Assembly (NCBI GenBank): GCA_964623775.1 | Contig: CAZUVH010000003.1 | Span: 79,400-143,399 of the forward strand | From: an uncultured Candidatus Saccharibacteria bacterium | Lineage (GTDB): Bacteria; Patescibacteriota; Minisyncoccia; Phycocordibacterales; UBA2100 | Direction of reading: 5' to 3' | DNA length: 64,000 bases | In this document: positions 38,491 to 47,918 of the stretch, piece after piece | Numbering within the stretch: position 1 is the stretch's first letter | How the letters are laid out: every line of letters starts with the position of its first letter | Notes under the pieces: model-generated | Seen by the model: only the letters and a program-made list of their open reading frames with translations | What the model was told of the DNA's origin: nothing | Databases searched by the model: none | Position numbers and translations under genes: made by a program

Positions 38491-39138
38491 ATGAAACGTC
38501 GTAGCTTATTCGGTAGCCAAGCCGACGAGTCAGAGCAGATCGTAGCCAACGATTCGCTCATGAATGCGTTCGGCGCGATCCTCGTGCTCATGATCATTAC
38601 TCTGAGCCTGGTCAACACATCGGGCAAACATGCGGTCAGGGCCTCGGATCCCAGCGGCAACGTGAAATTCGAGATCTACTGGCCCAATGAGCACAACACC
38701 GACGTCGATCTGTGGGCACAAGGTCCGCAGGGCGACCCTGTCGGGTATTCCAACAAAGGCGGAGTGATTCTCAACTTGCTTCGCGACGACCTCGGCAAGA
38801 CGGATCCAAACGATCCGATCAACTACGAGGTGACGATGTCGCGCGGCATCTACTCCGGCAAGCACTGCGCCACCGCGCATCTCTATTCGAATCGCTCCGG
38901 CGTACTACCGATGCATGTGACGGCGACCGTCAAGGTCTCCAAAAGCATCGGCAAATCGGAAAAGGGGGATGAGAAAACCATCCTCTCCACGCAGCTCGAC
39001 CTCACGGAGATCGGTCAGGAACGAAATCTCTTTTGCTTCTGGCTCGACGATAGGGGAGAATTGGTGACAGAGGGAGAGAACAAGCCGTTCACTTCCGATT
39101 TCATCAAGCTTCGTCCGATGACGAGCTCGGCATATTAG
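38491..39138 (+). CDS. ExbD/TolR-like anchored protein with a novel about 170-aa periplasmic domain
   Basis: Short cytoplasmic N-terminus, then a single TM carrying an Asp/Asn (NDSLMNAFGAILVLMIITLSLV) like the ExbD/TolR/MotB plug helix. No OmpA-like or ExbD C-domain motifs were seen. Confidence 0.45.
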   Translation: MKRRSLFGSQADESEQIVANDSLMNAFGAILVLMIITLSLVNTSGKHAVRASDPSGNVKFEIYWPNEHNTDVDLWAQGPQGDPVGYSNKGGVILNLLRDDLGKTDPNDPINYEVTMSRGIYSGKHCATAHLYSNRSGVLPMHVTATVKVSKSIGKSEKGDEKTILSTQLDLTEIGQERNLFCFWLDDRGELVTEGENKPFTSDFIKLRPMTSSAY

Positions 39139-39147
39139 GAGGACCGC

Positions 39148-39783
39148 ATGAACATCTTCCAAAAGATGTGGGCGACATCTGTTGATTTCGTCGGCTCTAT
39201 GCCGTCGAAATTCAATGACCTGCTCGCCATACTGAAGGTCCCCACGATCTTTCTCGGGGGATTTACGGTCAGTGCGCTGATCATTGCGCTCTGTGCAGCG
39301 CTCTTCCTGCTCGCGTTCTATGCGATACAGCGAAAAGGGCTCACGGCGAAATTCATCACCGTCTTCGTACTCCTCTTTGCTGTCCCTGGATTTTTTGTGG
39401 CCATGGTCGAACAGCTCTCTCGTCCGAAAGAGCTTTCGATGCAGTGGCTGCAGCAGCAGGGTGAAAAAGGGATTTCGGTAGATTCGGTGAAAGTCTCTCC
39501 GCCGAGGCGAATCTATATCATGATGGAGCAAGGAGGCGAATCGCGCCTCTACTACATTCCATGGTCTAAGAAAGCTGAGGAGTCGCTCAAAAAGGCGATT
39601 GAGAAACGCAAAGGCCGCGAAGGTAAGGGCGGCGGCGATCTGCGCTTACGCTTCGAGCGATCGCTCGAGGATGAGCCGCAGTTCTACGAAACTCCGTGGC
39701 CCGCCCCGCCTCCCAAGGACGGAGACGGCGACAGGGAGCAGTCACCTCCGCATCGTCCGCTCATTATCGAACGCGACGCGTGA
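39148..39783 (+). CDS. hypothetical membrane protein with Pro-rich acidic C-terminal tail
   Basis: 2-3 TM. C-terminus reads ETPWPAPPPKDGDGDREQSPPHRP. Confidence 0.45.
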   Translation: MNIFQKMWATSVDFVGSMPSKFNDLLAILKVPTIFLGGFTVSALIIALCAALFLLAFYAIQRKGLTAKFITVFVLLFAVPGFFVAMVEQLSRPKELSMQWLQQQGEKGISVDSVKVSPPRRIYIMMEQGGESRLYYIPWSKKAEESLKKAIEKRKGREGKGGGDLRLRFERSLEDEPQFYETPWPAPPPKDGDGDREQSPPHRPLIIERDA

Positions 39784-39896
39784 CTACAAGAGCCATCAGG
39801 AACTTCCTGGTGGCTCTTTTTCTTTGATGTACAGAAGCTTGACGCTATAAAGTATCTAACGTACGGTAATTCCAGGAAAAAGTGAAAGGACATCTC

Positions 39897-40910
39897 ATGT
39901 TTGCGCGATTCGTACTATCCATTGTCTGTACGTTCGCTCTCGCCGCTCCCGCCTTTTCGCAGGTCGCTGAAATGGCTCGCATCGATGCCGGGAGCAAGCA
40001 ATACCTCTTACGGGTGCTCGTAGAATCTCGGGGAAGCATGGGATCAGCTGAGCTTATCAAGACGCCCGAAGGTAAGATTCGCATCCTGACCAATCATCAT
40101 GTCGTTGGTGATGCCAAGGAAGTTTTGGTCCAGTTCCCGAACGAGTTTTGGCAAAAAGTCCCCGTGCTTGGGACCGACTCGCGCGCTGACCTCGCTCTTT
40201 TGGGGACGCCGACGAACCTGCCGCCGTACGCCAAGCCGATCGCGTTTGCCAAGACGCCTGCAAAGGTCGGTGATCAGATATTCGCCATCGGCTATCCGCT
40301 TGGCTCATACAACATCGCGTACGGATTAGTGACGTCTCTGACGACACCTGCCATTCCTGGTCTTCGTGGTATGAGGACTCATCAAGCACCATTGACACAG
40401 GGCAACTCGGGCGGCGCACTCGTGCGCCTCGATGATCGAAGTGATCCGGAGCTCGTGGGTATCAATACCGCCATTAGTGGAGGAGACGGCAACATGAGCT
40501 ACTTTATACCTGCCGCGGTGGCGCAGAACCTTCTGCGTAAGTTGGAGAATGGCGCAGTCGTCCACGCAGTTATGGGCGTCGGTCTTGCCGATGCCACAAA
40601 CGTGAGCCCGACTGCATACACACAGATCACCAACCGACCCTACCCGCCTCCACGCAAGGGAATTATTATCTCCGCGGTCGGAAATGGCTCAAGTGCCGAT
40701 CGCGCCGGCGTAAAGGTCGGGGACATGATTGTTAAGTGTGAGGCAATGAACAGCGGCGTATGGAAGCAGTTGCCCACCGGCAACTCTGCGGAGTTCTCCG
40801 ACGAAGTGTTCTTCAACATCGAGCCCGGCACGCGCGGTCGCCTCACCGTGCTGCGCGGGGACAGAGAGCTCACGCTCGATATCGAATTTGCTGCCGCATC
40901 GCCTTCATAA
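39897..40910 (+). CDS. HtrA/DegP-family periplasmic serine protease with PDZ domain
   Basis: Catalytic triad context: TNHHVV (His), DLALL (Asp), GNSGGAL (Ser). Signal peptide. The ATG at 39897 is preferred over the GTG at 39882. Confidence 0.8.
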   Translation: MFARFVLSIVCTFALAAPAFSQVAEMARIDAGSKQYLLRVLVESRGSMGSAELIKTPEGKIRILTNHHVVGDAKEVLVQFPNEFWQKVPVLGTDSRADLALLGTPTNLPPYAKPIAFAKTPAKVGDQIFAIGYPLGSYNIAYGLVTSLTTPAIPGLRGMRTHQAPLTQGNSGGALVRLDDRSDPELVGINTAISGGDGNMSYFIPAAVAQNLLRKLENGAVVHAVMGVGLADATNVSPTAYTQITNRPYPPPRKGIIISAVGNGSSADRAGVKVGDMIVKCEAMNSGVWKQLPTGNSAEFSDEVFFNIEPGTRGRLTVLRGDRELTLDIEFAAASPS

Positions 40911-40926
40911 CGGCACAGAAAAATTC

Positions 40927-40961
40927 ACCCCGACCTGATCAGGTCGGGGTGATCTTTTTTG
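40927..40961 (+). terminator. strong rho-independent terminator after the protease gene
   Basis: CACCCCGACCTGATCAGGTCGGGGTG followed by ATCTTTTTTG. Confidence 0.8.
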
Positions 40962-41292
40962 AAAGAGCTGTTATGTCCAAAGTGCAGCGTATGCCTGGAG
41001 TCCTCCGAGATAGCCAATGCTGAATGCAATGAGTGCTATCACTGTGAGTAAGAACGCGTCAAAAAATCTAAAACCATATAATTCTGTTACGAGTTCATTT
41101 TTTTGACTGCCAGCATCTCGGTATTTGTACGTCTGCATTCGCTTTCTCCGACAGTTGCCGCATCTCTGCCGCCATTGTGCCGGTGAAGTATGTGGAGAGT
41201 ATGAACCTAAATCGGAGATTACATCGCGAGTTGCATCTCGATGCTAGGCACTTGTCCACATGGTATAAAGACGGGAGCAAAAGGAGTCAGCG

Positions 41293-41601
41293 ATGAAGTA
41301 TTCAAAATGCACCGGCAAAGAACCGGAGTGCCCCGTCGTGAAAGTGGAGAATCCGGATGGAAGCAGTAGCCGTTCTTGTGCTCGCTGCGGACTCTCGTAC
41401 AAAAGAATACGGTGCACCGCGTGTGCCGGAGTTTCAGGTCGTTTCAAGCCTCTCTGTCATGAATGTCACGGTGTCGGCTATATCGAGATAAAGATCTTGC
41501 CGACAAACTGCAACGCCGAGCAGCCGAATTGCCCGGTCTTCTTCGATCCAAGTGTCGGCGGTTGGGAATGCAAGCGCTGCGGTGCGAGCGGTCCCTGTTG
41601 A
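41293..41601 (+). CDS. small Cys-rich protein with DnaJ-type CxxCxGxG zinc-finger repeats
   Basis: CTACAGVSG and CHECHGVG repeats plus further CxxC pairs. Confidence 0.5.
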   Translation: MKYSKCTGKEPECPVVKVENPDGSSSRSCARCGLSYKRIRCTACAGVSGRFKPLCHECHGVGYIEIKILPTNCNAEQPNCPVFFDPSVGGWECKRCGASGPC

Positions 41602-41619
41602 ATACAGATCGACCATGTA

Positions 41620-41650
41620 AAAATCCCGCCATCCAAGAGCGGGATTTTAT
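41620..41650. terminator. bidirectional terminator
   Basis: AAAATCCCGC-(loop)-GCGGGATTTT. Confidence 0.6.
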
Positions 41651-41663
41651 CATTGCATGGTTG

Positions 41664-41912
41664 TCAGTGGAGCTTGGGACCGCTGTCTTTGCGAAAGACG
41701 GCCAGTTTGAGCTTTTCTACATCGCCGCGCGCGTCTTTGACGGCAACAATCGCAACGGTAAAACCGAGCGCCTCAATCTCTTTGATCAACGATCCAATCT
41801 CTTTCTGGAGAGCATCCGACGGCTTTTCCAAATTCACCTCAAATTTCTTCGTGAGTCTTCGCGCGAGCTCGTGCACACGCTCGGGAACATTTCCAAACAA
41901 TTGTTCACTCAT
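41664..41912 (-). CDS. small hypothetical protein (82 aa)
   Basis: GGAG RBS 6 nt upstream. Terminator downstream. Confidence 0.45.
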   Translation of the reverse strand: MSEQLFGNVPERVHELARRLTKKFEVNLEKPSDALQKEIGSLIKEIEALGFTVAIVAVKDARGDVEKLKLAVFRKDSGPKLH

Positions 41913-42024
41913 TACGATCTCCGTTGTGCTGTTTCAACGATAGCATAAAACAGGTAGTTGAATACAGAGGAGTTCCGATGTATGGTTTTGCCAGAAGAGA
42001 TACACTCAAGAAAGCGAGGAAACG

Positions 42025-42657
42025 ATGGCTCGAGTGTGGACTTTCATCCTCATTGTCAGTGCGTTTATGCTCCAATCCTCCCATGCGCAGCAGGGAGTAC
42101 AGCCTTCCGGGCTGGCACAGCAGTATGCGCAGCAAAAGCAGGCTCCAAGGCCGGCACGAAAGACGCCGCAGTCGCTCGATGACTGGTTTACGGTGCTCGA
42201 AATCGCACCTGATCAAGAGAGCGCCAAGCTCGCCGAGCAGAATATCTTGCGGATGTGGCTCGACACGAATAGTCCGACAACCGGCATCCTGATGTCTCGC
42301 GTGCAAGAAATGCTCAACCCCAAGCACGGCGGAGCGTATAGCGATGAAGTATTCAAGGTATTGGACGCTATCGTCAATACGAATCCCGAATATTTTCAGG
42401 CACGAGCACTTCGAGCACAACTGTATTTCCAGAAGGGCGATATCGGCGAAGCGCTGATCGATATGCGATTCGTGCTGACCCGCGAGCCGAGGCACTTCCC
42501 GGTGCTTACCGGGCTCGGCGTGATCCTGCAGCAAGTGGGTGAAGATAGAAAGGCGCTCGAAATATACCGCCGTGTCATGAAGATCAATCCGCACATGGAA
42601 AAAGTCCCCGATCTCATCAAACAATTGGAGATCCCGGTCGAAGGGCGCGATATCTGA
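42025..42657 (+). CDS. secreted TPR-repeat protein
   Basis: Signal peptide, then TPR-like helical repeats. Confidence 0.6.
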   Translation: MARVWTFILIVSAFMLQSSHAQQGVQPSGLAQQYAQQKQAPRPARKTPQSLDDWFTVLEIAPDQESAKLAEQNILRMWLDTNSPTTGILMSRVQEMLNPKHGGAYSDEVFKVLDAIVNTNPEYFQARALRAQLYFQKGDIGEALIDMRFVLTREPRHFPVLTGLGVILQQVGEDRKALEIYRRVMKINPHMEKVPDLIKQLEIPVEGRDI

Positions 42658-42669
42658 TACTTTTGTTCA

Positions 42670-42708
42670 AAAACCCCTCACACGATCGCGTGTGAGGGGT
42701 TATTTTTG
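42670..42708. terminator. bidirectional terminator between the TPR gene and ctpA
   Basis: ACCCCTCACACG-ATCG-CGTGTGAGGGGT followed by TATTTTTG. Confidence 0.7.
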
Positions 42709-42718
42709 TGCAATAAAA

Positions 42719-44032
42719 TCATTGAGTGCGAAGAAGTCGAAGGGCTTCTTGCAGTGCCTTGTCGTCGGCAGCGTTCGGCGGGACGTACGCCTGCGAGCCG
42801 CTCTGTTCTTCGTCGCCAGTTTTGAGATGGCCTTTCAAGGACGCTTCGCCCTTGCTGCTCGTTTTGCCCTTTAGCTCCTCGGGCTCGTCTTGCAGTACTT
42901 CGACGTCGGGCACGATGCCTTTTGCCTGAATCGTCTTTCCCGACGGGGTGTAGTACCGCGCGGTCGTCAGACGCAAGGCGCCATTTTCACCGCGAAGTCC
43001 GAGCGGTATGATCGTTTGTACCGATCCTTTACCAAATGAACGCGAGCCGACAATGGTCGCGCGCCTATGATCCTGCAGCGCTCCGGCGACGATCTCTGAT
43101 GCGGAGGCTGAGCCGCCGTTGATGAGGACCATGATCGGCTTTCCTTTGGTGAGGTCGCCTATGACGGGCGAATGTCGCATGGAGCCGCGATCGGCTTGCG
43201 CGCGGCCGACATCGTTGGGATTCCGACCACGGGTCGAAACGATCTCGCCGCGCTCGAGGAACGCATCGGACACGGTGACCGCCTCGTCGAGGAGTCCACC
43301 GGGATTGTTGCGCAGATCGATGATGTAGCCCTTGAGCTTTTTCCCGATCAGTGCCGACTGCTTACTGATCTCTTTCTTGAGACCTTCCGTCGTCTGTTCG
43401 TTGAACACCGTGATACGGATATACGCGACATCATCTTCGACACGTCCTCTTACCGAGCGGACTGTCACGACGGCTCGCGTGAGCGACATGTCGACCGGAT
43501 CTCCCTGTCCCTTGCGCACGACCTTCAATTTGATAGCCGTATTCGGTGGACCGCGCATCTTTTCGACAGCCTGATTGAGGCTCATGCCTTTCACATCGAC
43601 GTCGTCGATCTGAATGATGAGATCATTGGCCATAATGCCGGCTTTCGAGGCGGGCGTATCGTCGATAGGGGTGATCACCTTGATCACGCCATCCTCCATC
43701 GTGACTTCGATGCCGAGGCCGCCGAATTCGCCGCGAGTCGATTGCTGCATGTCGGAGAAATCTCGCGCGCTCATATAGCTTGAGTGCGGATCGAGACCAC
43801 TGAGCATGCCCCTGATCGCATCTTCGATCAGCTTGGTGTCATCGGGCTTCTCGACGTAGCTGTTGCGGATCTGCTCGAATACGTCGCCGAGCAGATTGAG
43901 CTTCCGGTAGACTTCGGAACTTTCCGGACTGGCAATTGCTTGTGGGAAACCCCACCTGTGTTCGATTGAAATGCCGAAAAGTGCGATCGAACAGGTAGCG
44001 CCGAAAAGTAGACCAGCGACTGTCTTACGCAT
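42719..44032 (-). CDS. ctpA: carboxyl-terminal processing protease (S41 family, PDZ domain)
   Basis: S41 Ser/Lys dyad context (GGSASASE...K). PDZ segment. N-terminal signal anchor. Confidence 0.85.
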   Translation of the reverse strand: MRKTVAGLLFGATCSIALFGISIEHRWGFPQAIASPESSEVYRKLNLLGDVFEQIRNSYVEKPDDTKLIEDAIRGMLSGLDPHSSYMSARDFSDMQQSTRGEFGGLGIEVTMEDGVIKVITPIDDTPASKAGIMANDLIIQIDDVDVKGMSLNQAVEKMRGPPNTAIKLKVVRKGQGDPVDMSLTRAVVTVRSVRGRVEDDVAYIRITVFNEQTTEGLKKEISKQSALIGKKLKGYIIDLRNNPGGLLDEAVTVSDAFLERGEIVSTRGRNPNDVGRAQADRGSMRHSPVIGDLTKGKPIMVLINGGSASASEIVAGALQDHRRATIVGSRSFGKGSVQTIIPLGLRGENGALRLTTARYYTPSGKTIQAKGIVPDVEVLQDEPEELKGKTSSKGEASLKGHLKTGDEEQSGSQAYVPPNAADDKALQEALRLLRTQ

Positions 44033-44151
44033 GCGACCCTCCTTGGGCCTCGTGTGTTGCCACTATTGGCTGAGTAGACAATATCAGAGGCGCTTGTACT
44101 CGTAAACCTGCCGTGTCACAGGCTGTTGTCGGTTCAAGAGCGTCCTATTTT

Positions 44152-45195
44152 TTAAAAAACCGGCTCGGTCTTTTTCTTTTTGAATACGTACTTCTCAAGT
44201 GACAATGCATCGTACCCGTGGAAGAGGAGAGAGATCGCAACACCAAAGAGGATGCCGTGCGGCCAGATCAACTCTTTGAAATAGATGAGTGACAATGTGA
44301 GCCAGAACGCGAGGAAAATGAGAGTCCAGCGGATTGCAATGCCGAGGACGAGTAGAACACCGCACAAGAATTCAATAATGAGCGCTCCCAAGACCACAAA
44401 GAGCGGGTCGAAAGGAAAGTATCGTGTGAGATCGTACTGCGTGACGACATCGAGTGCGAGCTGGCTGTGTAGGTATTTTGCGTACACCGAAGCGTAGAGG
44501 ACGCCCCACCCGAGGCTGATGCGGAGGATCGGAAAGGCATACGGGCGCAGTCGCATCGTCAGCTTACTGATCGCCCTGCCTACCTCGATACCCTTGTGTG
44601 AATCCACTGACCAGAGGCCACCGCCGAGAATTGTGATGAGCGCTGCCGCGCCGAAAAAATCTGTATATGTCAGGATGTAGGTGCCGAAAGTCGCGAGCGC
44701 AAGCGCGTAGAGCGCGAGCATACCGAGTCCGACGACACGAGTCGCAATGCCGAGCACCGCCAGGATGCCCAGCAGCCCGATCACAATCTGCACGAGAGAC
44801 GCAGCCTCACCAAAAGCCTTTGAGAGGAAAAGCTCAGATCCGTACAAATTACCGCTGATTGCAAATGCAATGAAGCACAAGCCGACGGTGATACGCACAA
44901 TCGGGAGAGCATATTTTTTGAGCTTAAAAAGGAACGGATCGAGCTGTCGCTCAAAAAGGTGAAAAGCGGAAGCCGCGAGTGCCGTACTGAATATGACGAA
45001 CGTAAGAATCCCCCAAAACATAAAAGTGAATTCGTTGCCATGGTATGCGCTAAACGGATTCGGAGATGGCATGGCCATTGCTACCTCGACGGTGGCAGGG
45101 TCGAGCACATAGACTTCGTGCGCCGAGGTAATTACGGGTATCAGCGCAGCGAAAAACGTTGCGATGGAGATGGGAGCATGACGAAAGATCCGCAT
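44152..45195 (-). CDS. hypothetical polytopic membrane protein (DoxX-like?)
   Basis: About 10 TM. Weak DoxX-like character. Confidence 0.5.
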   Translation of the reverse strand: MRIFRHAPISIATFFAALIPVITSAHEVYVLDPATVEVAMAMPSPNPFSAYHGNEFTFMFWGILTFVIFSTALAASAFHLFERQLDPFLFKLKKYALPIVRITVGLCFIAFAISGNLYGSELFLSKAFGEAASLVQIVIGLLGILAVLGIATRVVGLGMLALYALALATFGTYILTYTDFFGAAALITILGGGLWSVDSHKGIEVGRAISKLTMRLRPYAFPILRISLGWGVLYASVYAKYLHSQLALDVVTQYDLTRYFPFDPLFVVLGALIIEFLCGVLLVLGIAIRWTLIFLAFWLTLSLIYFKELIWPHGILFGVAISLLFHGYDALSLEKYVFKKKKTEPVF

Positions 45196-45263
45196 ACCAT
45201 GAATGTATCACTGCAATAAAAAAAATATACGGCAGTCGGTGGACATTTCTGTCCGACCGACGT

Positions 45264-45665
45264 TCACCCCATTGGTACAGGCTGCAGCATGCCGACACGA
45301 TTTCCTTCAGTATCTTTGATCATAACGAATGTACCGATACCGGGGATGTCCATGGGCTCGCCGTCCACCATGCCGCCACCCGCCTTCACCTTCTCCATGT
45401 GTTCTTTGATGTTGTCGACCGAGATGACGACGTGCGTAGATGTCCCGCCACCCTGACCTTTTTCATACAAGCCCCCGTTGATCCTGCCGGCCTCTTTAAT
45501 CATCCCTTTATCGTCGGTCACATCAGTCTGCACAAGCATGTAATTGCCCATCTCGGCACCAAATTTTTGCGCATTCCATCCAAAAGTCTTTGAATAAAAA
45601 TCAGCCGCACGATCTCTGTCTTCGTATGGCATTTCGAAATGCACGACCGGATTCATGTTGCTCAT
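45264..45665 (-). CDS. VOC/glyoxalase/bleomycin-resistance family protein
   Basis: Paired βαβββ modules. Conserved H/E metal-site positions. Confidence 0.7.
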   Translation of the reverse strand: MSNMNPVVHFEMPYEDRDRAADFYSKTFGWNAQKFGAEMGNYMLVQTDVTDDKGMIKEAGRINGGLYEKGQGGGTSTHVVISVDNIKEHMEKVKAGGGMVDGEPMDIPGIGTFVMIKDTEGNRVGMLQPVPMG

Positions 45666-45794
45666 ATCAATAAAATGTACACTTTTTGAATTGGGTAATG
45701 ATGAAGATTATATCGCGCCATCTTCAAAAAATATTTGCAATACATACCAAATATGGTATAATGTAATAAGTATCCACAACGAGGAATTCTCCTA

Positions 45795-46211
45795 ATGATC
45801 ATCAAGCCCGTGAAGCCCGCTTCGGGTCTCGCCATTCGCAACGCATTTCAATATGCGACACTCGGCATGCTGGGGGACAAGCGTTATACCAAGAGCCACG
45901 AAGAGCCGCGCGGACAAATGATTTACGACTTCTCGAGCAAGAGAAAGGCAAAGGAAAAAAAGCCGCTCATAACACCTGACACAGGAGATTCGGTACGCAT
46001 CAGTAATGCAGCCGGTAAGACCGTCCGCATTTCACTCGTACCGCTTCGCGACAACAAGCTGTACAAGCAATTCCAAATTCTTGCCGTGGGTGTCTCGCGG
46101 GAATTCGAGTACACAAAGCTCGAAGCGTTCGGGAGCGAGCTCGATGAACTGATCGCGCTCATGAACAAACGTTTGTCGATGTGGGGAAAAGACTCAAGCG
46201 AAGCCGCCTAG
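45795..46211 (+). CDS. hypothetical protein
   Basis: Extended -10 TGGTATAAT upstream. No family recognised. Confidence 0.4.
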   Translation: MIIKPVKPASGLAIRNAFQYATLGMLGDKRYTKSHEEPRGQMIYDFSSKRKAKEKKPLITPDTGDSVRISNAAGKTVRISLVPLRDNKLYKQFQILAVGVSREFEYTKLEAFGSELDELIALMNKRLSMWGKDSSEAA

Positions 46212-46220
46212 TTCTTTCAA

Positions 46221-46251
46221 GACCGCTCAGCAATGGGCGGTCTTTTCTTTT
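46221..46251 (+). terminator. terminator GACCGC-loop-GCGGTC plus TTTTCTTTT; a second hairpin at about 46263-46285 serves the convergent gene
   Basis: Read directly. Confidence 0.55.
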
Positions 46252-46300
46252 GCAAAGAAAAAGTCCCGCATCGCAGATGCGGGACGTGATTGAGGCTGGT

Positions 46301-46783
46301 TCAGAGAAAGGAGTATGCCTTTGTCTGCCGCCGTTCACCAGTGGGGATTTCTTTCTGATGTTTCCGAATGAACTCGCACTTGATGTTTTCGTGTGCCAGA
46401 CGTAACTCGGCCTCGGAGCGTTTTGGTCCAGTAAGCGCGCTGGCGATGACTGCAAACGCCTGCGCTTCCAGAGCTGCACCGTGTCCGGTCAGGCGAGTAT
46501 CGTCTCCCTTCTGCTGCGCTATTTCGACCACCTTGCAGTCATTTGCTGCAAAACGTTCGAATGCGACGATAAAAGCTGATGCCGACAGGTCGCTGAGATT
46601 GTTTACGAATCGCACGAAATTGACCGCGGCTTCAGTGCCGATATCCTTCTTGATGCCGCTGTAGAACATCTCGAGCAGTGGTGAGTTGAGGTCGCTTTGC
46701 GTCGGACCGCGGCCAGCGTAGTAGCCGCTGTCCATGACGAAGCGTCCCTTGGTCCAATCATGCACTTTGCGAAGATTAAGCAT
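46301..46783 (-). CDS. hypothetical protein
   Basis: ORF with a downstream hairpin. No family recognised. Confidence 0.4.
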   Translation of the reverse strand: MLNLRKVHDWTKGRFVMDSGYYAGRGPTQSDLNSPLLEMFYSGIKKDIGTEAAVNFVRFVNNLSDLSASAFIVAFERFAANDCKVVEIAQQKGDDTRLTGHGAALEAQAFAVIASALTGPKRSEAELRLAHENIKCEFIRKHQKEIPTGERRQTKAYSFL

Positions 46784-47024
46784 TTCTTGATCCTTTCTGT
46801 CGGAGGCCGAGATTACTTAGTGAACGAGGAAATATATGCCAGATGCGATCACGATTGCGACCGCCGCGACGAAGTAGGGGAAGTTGATCGCTCGTTGCGT
46901 ATCATTTGCCCCGAAGAGTTGGTAGAACCGTTTGAACCGGTCCATCACTGATCTCCCTGGTTGTCTAAAATTATTTAATCATAAAACAAGGGAAAGTCAA
47001 ACGCCCCTCGTAAGGGGCGTTTTC

Positions 47025-47843
47025 CTAATCACCGTAGGCCTTTTTAAGGAGATCGGTGATCGGATTCTCTGTCCAGGCGGATGTCACGAAATTGTGGTGG
47101 AGGAATGTGCCCTCGACTTTTATAACCACGATCATGCCCGGGAGGAGGCGCTGAGGGGGCTCTCGCTCGATCGGCACCTTTTCTTCTCGAAGAGCATTCT
47201 CAAATTCTCGTACACGTCGCTGCGTCGTCTCGGTGTGCGCAGTCACAAAATATCCTTGTCGACGCTTTGCGACACGAATCGCATATTCGAAAAAGATTTC
47301 CTGCGATCCGTAATGCGCATCGAGTAGCACGACACCGTCCAATACCGCATGGCTGTGCGAAATCACCATCTTTGTCGGCCAGTGACCGGCGCTGTACCCG
47401 ATGAGCACGATTCGCGCATCCGCAAATTTTTTTGGCGACGTGTTGAGCGTCTTTGCAAATACAACGGAGGCATCGTTCAAGAATTTCTTGAATGCGCCCT
47501 TGTCTGCAAACGGCACGCCGTGTTTCTTTTTGATCGGATACGGCATAAGGGGTGCGACCACGACCGCGTTCACCTGAGCGTCGGCGATCTGCTGCGCTAT
47601 GCGCTGTCTCTCGAGCATCGCCTCGAATGATTCGAATGGACGAAGACCGTGGAAATAGACGACAACAGTGATTCTTTTTTCCAAATCGAGATCGCGCGAA
47701 ATACCGAAAAAGACATCCGCACCCTTTGGCGCACTCTGCAGGGGTTGTATCAATGTGATCGGTGGGTCGGTCTCTTCCGCTCTTGCATTGGTCATCGCGA
47801 TCACGAATGCGAACGCGAATACAATCGATCGCACTATTCGCAT
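47025..47843 (-). CDS. secreted alpha/beta-hydrolase-like protein (GYSAG nucleophile-elbow-like)
   Basis: Signal peptide. GYSAGH motif. Last gene of the HK operon. Hairpin GCCCCTCGTAAGGGGC after the stop. Confidence 0.5.
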   Translation of the reverse strand: MRIVRSIVFAFAFVIAMTNARAEETDPPITLIQPLQSAPKGADVFFGISRDLDLEKRITVVVYFHGLRPFESFEAMLERQRIAQQIADAQVNAVVVAPLMPYPIKKKHGVPFADKGAFKKFLNDASVVFAKTLNTSPKKFADARIVLIGYSAGHWPTKMVISHSHAVLDGVVLLDAHYGSQEIFFEYAIRVAKRRQGYFVTAHTETTQRRVREFENALREEKVPIEREPPQRLLPGMIVVIKVEGTFLHHNFVTSAWTENPITDLLKKAYGD

Positions 47844-47918
47844 GAGAGATCTCCTTTCTCTCTCTACACTATTGCAACGATCACAGAGAGTGCAAGTCCA
47901 CGTAGCACCCTAATGTGA

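Noticed and set aside
41905-42624. 239-aa minus-strand ORF opposite the TPR gene
   Set aside because: It overlaps the + strand TPR gene, which has a signal peptide and repeat structure. The minus frame is His/Arg-rich with no motifs.
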